NCBI GenBank assembly: GCA_963789395.1
Contig: CAWBKP010000003.1
Location: forward strand, 1 to 64,000
Length of the DNA stretch: 64,000 nt
Direction of reading: 5' to 3'
Source: an uncultured delta proteobacterium
GTDB lineage: Bacteria > Desulfobacterota > Desulfobacteria > Desulfobacterales > Desulfatirhabdiaceae
The notes beneath the pieces were generated by a model that saw only the letters and a program-made list of their open reading frames with translations, made no database searches and was not told the DNA's origin. A program made the position numbers and the translations under genes. Below are positions 52,866 through 61,249 of this stretch, piece by piece (positions within the stretch are counted from its first letter, which is position 1; every line of letters begins with the position of its first letter).

Positions 52866-53471
52866 ATGTATTATTTCCGGATGACAATCCCTGTTTTGAC
52901 GATTTTCATGCTTTTTTCGATCGTACCGGTTTCGGTTGTACCGGCAGTTGCAGCCGGCATCGCAGCCCCGGCACCGGCGCCCCTGCCTGAATCCGCAAAG
53001 CCTGGCGCAGTCGATCTTTCCCGGAAACCGCTCCGGCTCCCGGAACCCGTATCCGCTTCGGCCCTTCAGTCACTGATCACGGCGCATCCCGGCACATTTG
53101 ACCTGATCGATATACGGACGCCGGATCAGTTTTCGGATTACCATATCCCCGGTTCCCGAAACATCGAAGTTTCGGAAGTCGTTTTCAATCCCGATTTTCT
53201 GACCGGAACCATTCCGCTCATTCTGGTTGACCGTGACGGGTCCCGGGCCATGGCCGTCGCCGGGATCCTGTCTCAGAAAACAGAGCGGCCGATACGCGTA
53301 CTTTCCGGAGGTCTGGAAGCCTTCTGGTTGGCATTCGAAAGCAAAAAAGGCCGGTCGGCTCCCGAGCCAATAACTTCTCAGCCTGTAATCCAGCCTTCAC
53401 CCCCGCAGCCGGCTCCGGATGCACCGGCCGCTCCGTCTTCTCCGGCCAAACCCCAAAGCGCCGGATGTTAG
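52866..53471 (+). CDS. Exported rhodanese-like protein with Pro-rich tail and C-terminal Cys
   Basis: Signal peptide, LIDIR...HIPGS...LSGGLEAF rhodanese fold, active-site loop DRDGSR (no Cys), ends ...KPQSAGC. Confidence 0.78.
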   Translation: MYYFRMTIPVLTIFMLFSIVPVSVVPAVAAGIAAPAPAPLPESAKPGAVDLSRKPLRLPEPVSASALQSLITAHPGTFDLIDIRTPDQFSDYHIPGSRNIEVSEVVFNPDFLTGTIPLILVDRDGSRAMAVAGILSQKTERPIRVLSGGLEAFWLAFESKKGRSAPEPITSQPVIQPSPPQPAPDAPAAPSSPAKPQSAGC

Positions 53472-53482
53472 GAGGTCACACC

Positions 53483-54004
53483 ATGAAACTGCTATCCAAA
53501 GAACCCATGCCCCCGACCAATCCCTACCTTGCCGGGGTTTTTCTGGGGCTGACGCTGCTTGCATCCTTTCTGATCCTGGGCGCGGGCCTTGGCGCTTCCG
53601 GAGGCCTTGCCCGTATCAGCGCCTTTATCGAAGGGCAGCTGTTTCCAGCCCATACGCTGGCCACCGAGTATTTTGGCGCATGGGGGAAAAATCCCCTGGA
53701 TTATTATCTGGTCTTCATGCTGATCGGCGTTTTTATCGGCGGTTTTTTTTCCGCTGTTTTGTCCCGCCGGATCAAGATCGGGGTTGAACGCGGAAAGGCA
53801 AGCCCGTTGCGGCTGCGTCTTTTTTTCGCAGCTTCAGGCGGCGTTCTTTCCGGCTTTGCCAGCAGGCTTGCCGGCGGCTGCACGTCCGGCCAGGCCCTTT
53901 CCGGCAGCGCTCTCCTTCTTTCCGGCAGTATCGTGTTTCTGATCTGCGTGTTCGCCGGCGGGTATGCCACCGCCTGGCTGGCAAGGAGGCAATGGAATGA
54001 TTAA
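53483..54004 (+). CDS. YeeE/YedE-family sulfur-compound transporter half (PmpA/B-like)
   Basis: About 4 TM segments; GLGAS and RLAGGCTSG motifs. Confidence 0.85.
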   Translation: MKLLSKEPMPPTNPYLAGVFLGLTLLASFLILGAGLGASGGLARISAFIEGQLFPAHTLATEYFGAWGKNPLDYYLVFMLIGVFIGGFFSAVLSRRIKIGVERGKASPLRLRLFFAASGGVLSGFASRLAGGCTSGQALSGSALLLSGSIVFLICVFAGGYATAWLARRQWND

Positions 54005-56075
54005 TACCTTCTATGGACTAAATTCCCTGAATTCAATGAACGCCATGATCGCGGCCCTGGTGGTCGGCATTTTTTTCGGCGTTTCCCTGGAAAAGGCCGG
54101 TTTCGGCAGTTCGAGGCGGCTGGCCGGCATTTTCTACTTCAGTGACATGGCGGTTCTCAAAGTCATGTTCACGGCCGTTGTCACCGCCATGCTGGGACTA
54201 TCCATCGCCATCTGGACCGGCCTGGTGGACCCCGTCACACAGATCTATTACATGAAGACCTATTACGGCACCTATGTGGCGGGCGGCCTTATGTTCGGCG
54301 CCGGATTCGCCATCAGCGGGTGGTGTCCGGGAACCGCCGCTGTCGGCATGGCTTCGGGGAAAATCGATGCCATTGTATATCTCGGCGGTGCCATGATCGG
54401 CTGCATTCTCTTCAATGAGCTCTTTCCCCTACTCAAGCCCATTTACAATTGGGGTCAAAGCAGCCTTCAGACATACGGCCAGCCTGGCCTGGCCTTTTTA
54501 TATGACAGCCTGGGCACTTCCCGGCGCATGGTGGTTCTGGGGATCACCCTGATTGCCCTGGCCTGTTTCTGGGGAACGGAATTTATCGAAGCCAGAAGGG
54601 GCAGGAAAGCCTATTTCAACAGCCCGTTTCTGGCCCGGTTCAGCCTGGCGCTGATTCTGGCAGCCGGCATTGTTTATCTGATTCCGGAAAAACAGCCGCC
54701 TGCAGCCGAATTAAAGCCGCCTGCCGTTGAAGCAACGCAAACGGTTGCTGAAACGAAGCCGTCTGCTGTTAAAACCCAACCACCGGCGGTTTCCGAGCAT
54801 GCCCTGCTTTCCGATGTGGCTTCTGCCGCCGACCATGTGGCGCCGGAAGAACTGGCAGCCGCGCTCTACAACCGCGATCCGGCTTTTCTGGCAGTGGACA
54901 TCCGGCCGGTTGAAGAATACAACGCCTTTCACATTCGCGGCGCGGTGCATGTGCCTATGCCGGATCTTCCCGTATTCGTATCCGCCCATGCCGATAAATC
55001 CCGGATCGTGCTGTATTCAAACGGCATGGTGCATCCGGCCCAGGCCAGGGATTCGCTCTATCGCGCAGGCGCCCGGAACGTGTTTATCCTGACCGATGGG
55101 CTGGACGGCTTTATCGATCAGTGCCTCAAACCCGTATCCCTCCGCGCCGTGCCGCCGTCCGCCGAAGCCGCCAAGCAGATCAACGCGTGGCGGGCGTTTT
55201 TCTACGAAAAGGATGCAACCGCCTCCACGGCGCCGGATGCATTGATTCAGGGGCTGAAACTTCCCGGCATGCTCGATACGGGCTGGCTGGCGGATCATCT
55301 CACCAGCCCGGGCATCAAAATCATCGATACCCGCAGCCAGCCGGAATACAATACCCGGCACATTCCCGGATCACTTTCCGTTTCCCCGGAAAATTTCAGG
55401 GGAAACGTGGACGGCGTTCCTGCCATGGTGATGCCGGCGGAGGTCCTTGCCGCCGATTGGTCTCTGATGGGAATCCAGCCATCGGACTTGATCGTTCTGG
55501 TGTATGACGGCGATAAAATCCGGGATGCCACCCTGGTCGGGATCGCCCTGGAACGGGTCGGGCACAGCCGGTACGCGGTTCTGGACGGCGGATTCGACAA
55601 GTGGATGACCGAAGGCAGACCAGTCGGAACCGCCCTGCCCCAAGTTCAGCGATCGGCTTACCCGGTAAAACCTGGCGCCGACACTTTCACCGTATCGTAT
55701 GAAACGGTTCTGGCCGACGTTCAAAAAAGAAGTGCCTTAATCCTGGATGTCCGGCCCGAAGACTATTTCACCGGCAAGAAATCGGACGAAGCCCGTGCCG
55801 GACATATTCCGGGAGCAATCAACCGGGTTTTCAGCGCAGACCTTGTAAAGATCGATTCATACACCGGATTCAAGCCGCTGCCCGAACTGACCGAAACCTA
55901 CGGCAAGCTCATTTCGTCCCTGGACACCCCGATCGTGGTGCAATGCCGCACCGGCCATCAGGCCAGTCAGACGTATTTCGTTCTGAAGCACCTGCTGGGC
56001 TACCGGAACGTCAAATGGTACGACGGCAGCTGGACCGAGTGGGCCGCAAGGCCGGAACTGCCGATTGAAAAATGA
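53997..56075 (+). CDS. YeeE/YedE half fused to a rhodanese-like domain and a tandem thiosulfate sulfurtransferase
   Basis: GWCPG YeeE motif; three rhodanese domains (HIRGA, HIPGS, GHIPGA); catalytic loop CRTGHQA and YDGSWTEW signature. Confidence 0.87.
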   Translation: MINTFYGLNSLNSMNAMIAALVVGIFFGVSLEKAGFGSSRRLAGIFYFSDMAVLKVMFTAVVTAMLGLSIAIWTGLVDPVTQIYYMKTYYGTYVAGGLMFGAGFAISGWCPGTAAVGMASGKIDAIVYLGGAMIGCILFNELFPLLKPIYNWGQSSLQTYGQPGLAFLYDSLGTSRRMVVLGITLIALACFWGTEFIEARRGRKAYFNSPFLARFSLALILAAGIVYLIPEKQPPAAELKPPAVEATQTVAETKPSAVKTQPPAVSEHALLSDVASAADHVAPEELAAALYNRDPAFLAVDIRPVEEYNAFHIRGAVHVPMPDLPVFVSAHADKSRIVLYSNGMVHPAQARDSLYRAGARNVFILTDGLDGFIDQCLKPVSLRAVPPSAEAAKQINAWRAFFYEKDATASTAPDALIQGLKLPGMLDTGWLADHLTSPGIKIIDTRSQPEYNTRHIPGSLSVSPENFRGNVDGVPAMVMPAEVLAADWSLMGIQPSDLIVLVYDGDKIRDATLVGIALERVGHSRYAVLDGGFDKWMTEGRPVGTALPQVQRSAYPVKPGADTFTVSYETVLADVQKRSALILDVRPEDYFTGKKSDEARAGHIPGAINRVFSADLVKIDSYTGFKPLPELTETYGKLISSLDTPIVVQCRTGHQASQTYFVLKHLLGYRNVKWYDGSWTEWAARPELPIEK
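54690..54794 (+). repeat. Five degenerate 21-bp (7-aa) coding tandem repeats forming a linker
   Basis: KQPPAAE LKPPAVE ATQTVAE TKPSAVK TQPPAVS. Confidence 0.7.
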
Positions 56076-56145
56076 AACGACGTTGTTCATGACATGAAGC
56101 ATTTATGTACCCTTATCAACAAATCGATTTATTAATGGATTTCTC

Positions 56146-56645
56146 ATGCCCCAGCTGATCACAATTGTTGGCCACTCAAATTCCGGGAAGACCACCTTGA
56201 TTGAAAAACTCATCCCCGAGCTGAAATCGCCGGGGATATCGCGTTGGAACCATCAAGCACACCCATCATGGTTTTTCGATGGATCAAAAAGGAAAAGACA
56301 CTTACCGCCACCGCGCCGCCGGCGCGGATGCCGTTCTGGCAGCATCCCCAGGTCAGATCGCCCTGGTGAAATCCATTCCGAAATTCAGCCTGGACAGCCT
56401 TCTGCCCTATTTTCAGGACATGGACATCGTTCTGGTGGAAGGGTTCAAACAGGAAAAAAAGCCCAAAATCGAAGTCTTCCGGTCCCAGATAAATCAAACC
56501 CCGCTTTTCCCGGAAGATGACCTTCTAGTGGCGGTTGTTACGGATTCCCCTTATTCCGCAAGGGTTCCGGTGTTTCAATTCGAGGATATTCAGGCTGATC
56601 TGCGACGTGATAGAAAAATATTCAGGACTTGGACTGGACCAATGA
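56146..56645 (+). CDS. mobB: Molybdopterin-guanine dinucleotide biosynthesis protein B, frameshifted near 56230 and probably near 56597
   Basis: GHSNSGKTT, then (R)GYRVGTIKH...GKDTYRH...VEGFK in the shifted frame. Confidence 0.88.
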
Positions 56646-57140
56646 GGATTACTCAACTCCGCCTACAACCCTTCAAGACATCAGCGAATTTATGAAAGCT
56701 TTCAGTCGCTGACACTTTTTAAGTTAGATCGCGGTGCTGATTTGTCAGCGGATTCGCTCCGTTCTGATCATTAAAAAGCTGATTTGGAAATAAGGATGAT
56801 GTCTTATGGGTCTGTAGAGTGAATGATACTATCAGTATCCCCACAGGCCGTGGCATGCAGGAAGAGATATGCCGTAGAACCCGGGAAGCCCCGCAGGGCT
56901 CCTGCCGTGGAAACAGCGGTAGTATGGAATTTAGTTTTATATGAAAATGATCAATACCCATCCTTATTCATCTACATTCTTCATTAATCAGCTTGGTTCG
57001 TGATTTTTATATTCGTGGTTGCCACAAGGGCACCGACAATTCGTTGTGCATAAGCTGATCGGTCATGTTACTTCGCGCGCTCACAGGCTTCAGTTCTAAA
57101 TCGACCTCTGTGAAGAATGTCTTTATTTTTTATCCGTTAT

Positions 57141-58400
57141 TCATTGTATCGTTTGTGGAATCAGATTGAATCCCAAGGCAAGAGCCTGCTTTTGCAGGTA
57201 CAAAACTTTCTTTTCTTTGTTTCTGAGTGTCAGATAATCTTCCCCCAAATCTCGAAACTCCGCTCCATCCTTGATGACATGATAAACTCCCAGAAGAATA
57301 CGGTGAGCAATCGCCACAATGGCCTTCTTTGCACCTCGGCGGGCTTTGAGACGATAATATTTGTCCTTGAAATAGGAACCTTTTTTCTTGATCGCTGCCC
57401 ATGCCACCTCAATCATAATGGTCTTGAGATGATGCTTTCGTACCGGACTTCGGCCGCTTTTTCGTTTGCCGGCACTTTCGTTGTTGCCAGGACATAAACC
57501 GCTCCACGATACCAATGCCGTATCCGTGGGAAAACTATCCAAAGTGGGACCGATTTCCGCCAGAATGTCACAGGCCGAAACGTCTGATATGCCCGGAGCC
57601 TTCTTCATTCGCTCCAATAACTCACTTTGATCCATCACCAAACTACGGATCTGTTGGTCGAGTGCTTCAATTTGTCCCTCCAAATTGGCAATCGTCCCCA
57701 AAAGCGTTTTCAAAATAAACCGGTGATGGCCCATGAAGAACCCCTGAATGGATCGAAACAGCTCCACCTCTTTGCCTTTGAGTTTCCCGCGAATACAGGC
57801 CTCGATATCCGTCAATGTCAGTTCCCGATCCACAATCAGAAGTTTCATCAGATTGCGGCCTGTTACACCAAACAAATCCGACACCACAGAATCGATCTTG
57901 ATGTTTGCCGATTCGAAAAGCTTATGTGTCCGTTTCCGGTAATCGCCGACTGATTGAACATACTTTTTACGTAGCCGCGTCAGTTCGCGCCATTGCCGAA
58001 CCGTCATCGGTGGAATGAAACTTGCCTTTAAAAGACCATGTCGCAACAATCCGGCGATCCACCGACTGTCACCTATGTCTGTCTTGCGCCCGGAAACGTT
58101 TTTCATGTTCCGAGCATTGGCCAGAACAACTTGAACCGTTTGCTCCAATACATTGTGCACAGGGCGCCAGTAAACCCCCGTACTCTCCATGGCCACAACC
58201 GGACATTCATGATCCAACAACCACTGCCGCAGCAGCTTTAAATCGTCTGTGAATGTACCAAATACCTTAATCTCGTGTTGCTCTTCCCCATTGCTGTCGG
58301 GAAAAATAACGCAGGCCGAAACACTCTCTTTATGAACGTCCAGTCCGCAACAAATGGGATGCACAATCCTGATAATTCTGCTATCATCTTTTCGAGTCAT
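57141..58400 (-). CDS. IS110-family DEDD recombinase/transposase, apparently intact
   Basis: CGLDVHK (D), MESTGVYW (E), KTDIGD (D,D), C-terminal GLCPGNNESAGK (conserved Ser), KAIVAIAH; AGGAGG RBS. Confidence 0.95.
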   Translation of the reverse strand: MTRKDDSRIIRIVHPICCGLDVHKESVSACVIFPDSNGEEQHEIKVFGTFTDDLKLLRQWLLDHECPVVAMESTGVYWRPVHNVLEQTVQVVLANARNMKNVSGRKTDIGDSRWIAGLLRHGLLKASFIPPMTVRQWRELTRLRKKYVQSVGDYRKRTHKLFESANIKIDSVVSDLFGVTGRNLMKLLIVDRELTLTDIEACIRGKLKGKEVELFRSIQGFFMGHHRFILKTLLGTIANLEGQIEALDQQIRSLVMDQSELLERMKKAPGISDVSACDILAEIGPTLDSFPTDTALVSWSGLCPGNNESAGKRKSGRSPVRKHHLKTIMIEVAWAAIKKKGSYFKDKYYRLKARRGAKKAIVAIAHRILLGVYHVIKDGAEFRDLGEDYLTLRNKEKKVLYLQKQALALGFNLIPQTIQ

Positions 58401-58527
58401 GGTCTTCCTCCTGATTAAGTTTTTTTGAGAGAACTACTTAAACAGTGGAATACCGTGACTCAACACGTTATTGCAATAAATCCATTTTCATCCTTCGTTG
58501 TGCCCGCCCCGGGCATGGGGGTTACTT
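58401..58527 (-). ncRNA. Candidate bridge-RNA-encoding non-coding end of the IS110
   Basis: Position upstream of the recombinase; stems TGCCC/GGGCA, CAAC...TTATTGCAATAA...GTTG with a large internal loop, and TTAAGT/ACTTAA. Function is inferred from the family. Confidence 0.45.
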
Positions 58528-58560
58528 ACTTAGGCAATGAAGGGGAAACCCTGAAACAGA

Positions 58561-58864
58561 AGTAAAAATCCGACCCCTGAGGGGCCGGCTTTGATTTAAC
58601 CCCTGGAAGGGGATGAAATTGTCTCAGCCCTCACCTCCGTCATGGTGAGCACCATGGCTGGATTGTGCAAATTTGCTCAAGGGAACCAAGTGCACCAGAG
58701 GAATTTTCAAGGACACTATGATCAACCAGAACAGTTTTGCTGCTACAGCCATTGACATTGTCTGAGAAAGCAGCTGTTCTTTGCATGTTACTGAATAAGT
58801 CATTCAGATGGCAGAGCCACTGAACTCTGACCTGGCCCTAAGGGCCAGGGTTTTTATGCTGGAC
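58561..58864 (-). mobile_element. Non-autonomous IS200/IS605-like element (PATE-like) with no transposase
   Basis: Subterminal hairpins CCTGGCCC-TAA-GGGCCAGG (58831-58849), CCCCT-GGA-AGGGG (58600-58612) and CCGACCCC-TGA-GGGGCCGG (58570-58588). The end layout resembles IS200 ends by pattern recognition only. It abuts a start-less ORF. Confidence 0.55.
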
Positions 58865-58865
58865 T

Positions 58866-59063
58866 AAGAAAAACTTAACTCCTGCACAAAAGGCGGCAAA
58901 GAAAAAAAGGCAACAAGAATATATGGCCATATTTGTGAATGGTAAACAGAAGCGTGTTAAACGCCCCCCGACAATAGATGGAATGGATGTTGATGATTTT
59001 ATAATGAATAACGCAGATCCAATATTTCTCCATCAGAACGAATTGTGGGAATATATGGATTAA
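58866..59063 (+). pseudogene. Small AT-rich cassette-type ORF lacking its start codon
   Basis: Open frame KKNLTPAQKAAKKKRQQEYMAIFVNGKQKRVKRPPTIDGMDVDDFIMNNADPIFLHQNELWEYMD*, with no start at its 5' end (only an internal Met at 58923); followed by an attC-like site. Confidence 0.65.
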
Positions 59064-59068
59064 CCCAA

Positions 59069-59134
59069 AGATAACAATAATCCGGATCGAGCAGACGCGC
59101 TAACCCGGCGTGCTCCTTATCCGGGGCGTTATAA
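59069..59134 (+). other. attC-like integron cassette recombination site (degenerate)
   Basis: ATAAC (59071-75) / GTTAT (59128-32) R boxes, CCGGAT/ATCCGG and GAGCA/TGCTC inner pairings; 66 bp, directly after the ORF stop. Confidence 0.6.
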
Positions 59135-59192
59135 TGCGCCTGAAAGAACATTCTTCAATGATCGAATTTTTCTCTTATAAAGTGTTCAACAT

Positions 59193-60791
59193 ATGAACCC
59201 ATTATGGATTTTGGCGGCATTTCTATTTGGTGCTGTTATCAGCAGAATAGGTCTGCCTCCCCTTGTGGGATATTTGCTGGCCGGATTTGTACTGAACAGT
59301 ATCGGTGTTACGGGCGGAGAACTGCTGGAATCCATAGCCGATGCCGGTGTTACGCTGCTCCTGTTTACCATCGGACTGAAGCTGAAGATTAAAAGTCTTG
59401 CCAAACCCGAAATCTGGGCCGGTACATCCATTCACATGGTTGTAACTGTTATTATTTTCGGCTTTGTGATCCGGATGCTTGGATTTTCAGGGATGCCCCT
59501 CTTTGACCAATTGACCGGACATACATCGCTGCTGATCGCGTTCGCCCTGAGTTTTTCCAGCACGGTTTTTGCGGTGAAAGTGATAGAGGGAAAAAATGAG
59601 ATGGCCTCGCGGCATGCGGCTGCCGCAATCGGCATCCTGATTATGCAGGATATTATTGCAGTTGTTTTTCTGGCAGCGTCCACGGGAAAAATTCCTTCCG
59701 TGTGGGCCGTGCCTCTTTTGGTGTCGCTTTTTATTGCAAGACCTGTTTTTGGAAGACTCATGGAGATGTGTGGTCATGGCGAACTGCTCATGCTGTTCGG
59801 TATCCTGATGACGGTTGCCGGTTACAACGCATTTGAATTTGCCGGGCTGAAAGGTGACCTTGGGGCGCTGGCGGTGGGAATGCTTCTCGCCACTCATCCC
59901 AAGGCGCCGGAACTGGCCGACAGGTTGCTTGGATTTAAAGATTTGTTTTTGATCGGCTTTTTTTTAAATATCGGCATTTCCGGCTCTCCAACGCTCTCAG
60001 GGTTCATAATCGCGCTATTACTGGCCCTGACCATGCCCTTCAAGACCGGATTGTTTTTTATCCTGCTTACCCGTTTCAAGCTGCGCGCCCGCACATCGCT
60101 ACTTGCCTCTCTCAGTTTGTCGAATTACAGTGAGTTTGGTCTGATTGTCGGCTCAATCGGCGTCGCCAACGGCTGGATCAGCAGTGAATGGCTGGTGGTA
60201 ATCGCCATTGCACTTTCACTGACCTTTATCATGGCCGCACCCTTGAATTCAGCGTCCCACAACATATATGCGCGGGTTTCAGGCCGCTTGAAATATTTCG
60301 AGACTCCGACCCGGCTGCCGGAAGACGAGCCCATCGATCCGAGCGACGCTGAAATTGCGATTCTCGGTATGGGCGGTATCGGAACAAGCGCCTATGATGA
60401 ATTGAGGCGTCGATACGGTGATATCGTGATCGGTATTGATTTTAACACGGAAAAAGTGGAAGAACACCAGAAAAAAGGAAGACGGGTGCTTTTTGGAGAC
60501 GCCGGCGACAGTGATTTCTGGAAACGCGTCGAACCTTCCAGAAGCTTGGTCTGTCTGGTCATGCTGGCACTGCCTGATCCCAGGACAAGCATATTTTCAA
60601 TTCAGCAGATGAAGGAAAGAGGCTACAGAGGACAAATTACCGCGTCTGTCCGTTATGAGGACGAAATGCAACTTTTAAAAGATGCCGGGATTGATGCCGT
60701 ATACAATTTATATGAAGAAGCAGGTGTTGGTTTTGCCGACCATGTGTGCGAGCATATGGATTATTGTAAACTCAAGAATGTCGAATTGTGA
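59193..60791 (+). CDS. CPA2-family cation:proton antiporter with C-terminal TrkA-N/KTN domain (Kef-like)
   Basis: LPPLVGYL, LLFTIGL, SFSST, ILIMQD, SEFG; C-terminal ILGMGGIG...FGDA. Confidence 0.9.
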   Translation: MNPLWILAAFLFGAVISRIGLPPLVGYLLAGFVLNSIGVTGGELLESIADAGVTLLLFTIGLKLKIKSLAKPEIWAGTSIHMVVTVIIFGFVIRMLGFSGMPLFDQLTGHTSLLIAFALSFSSTVFAVKVIEGKNEMASRHAAAAIGILIMQDIIAVVFLAASTGKIPSVWAVPLLVSLFIARPVFGRLMEMCGHGELLMLFGILMTVAGYNAFEFAGLKGDLGALAVGMLLATHPKAPELADRLLGFKDLFLIGFFLNIGISGSPTLSGFIIALLLALTMPFKTGLFFILLTRFKLRARTSLLASLSLSNYSEFGLIVGSIGVANGWISSEWLVVIAIALSLTFIMAAPLNSASHNIYARVSGRLKYFETPTRLPEDEPIDPSDAEIAILGMGGIGTSAYDELRRRYGDIVIGIDFNTEKVEEHQKKGRRVLFGDAGDSDFWKRVEPSRSLVCLVMLALPDPRTSIFSIQQMKERGYRGQITASVRYEDEMQLLKDAGIDAVYNLYEEAGVGFADHVCEHMDYCKLKNVEL

Positions 60792-61249
60792 AAGATTCAA
60801 GTCAACTCTTGACTCTTTCAGGATCATACAACAATCTTATCTGTTGGTTGGACGAGCCCGACTACGTTATAGGTTCCTCGCTGTTTTGTGTGGCAAATCC
60901 ATATGAAGATCCCAACTTATGCTTATGTTATACAAAGTTTGACTATTTACTTCGCGGTTTTCTCATGGATCCAATTCTTGATTGATACGGAAACACTGTC
61001 TTTGGAATAACTGGATCGAAGAACCGTCCAGCAATCCAGTCTTCGTTCATGGGGGTTGATCAAATGTTTTGACGACCGCCGGTCAGTTCGGCTATGGTAA
61101 ATAATACCAGAAATATTCATGAAAAAATCCGGAAATAAATACTTTCTCATTGATCAAGTAAGCATGACATTTCAAGGTGGGTCATCCATACCAAACAGCG
61201 ATGAACCGATTTTTCTCTATGATCAGCCTCTCGATAGGAGGACTTAGTC

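Larger units (their letters stand above)
57106..58527 (-). mobile_element. IS110-family insertion sequence (ends approximate)
   Basis: Single recombinase gene, about 125-bp structured 5' non-coding end, short 3' end (...TTCTTCACAGAG), CT/AG dinucleotide at both candidate ends, no long terminal inverted repeats or clear target-site duplication. Confidence 0.8.

Noticed and set aside
57030..57106. attC site as the IS110 target
   Set aside because: ACAATTCGTTG and the rejoined CTTAGGC are faintly attC-like, but there is no TAAC/GTTA pair or convincing stem.
56974..59157. 10-mer ACATTCTTCA at 56974 and 59148, inverted at 57111
   Set aside because: Short, AT-rich and not extendable; it cannot be separated from chance without statistics.
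60788..61240. Small ORFs in the AT-rich gap after the antiporter (and 62538-62723)
   Set aside because: No recognisable motifs or convincing RBS; they cannot be supported as genes.
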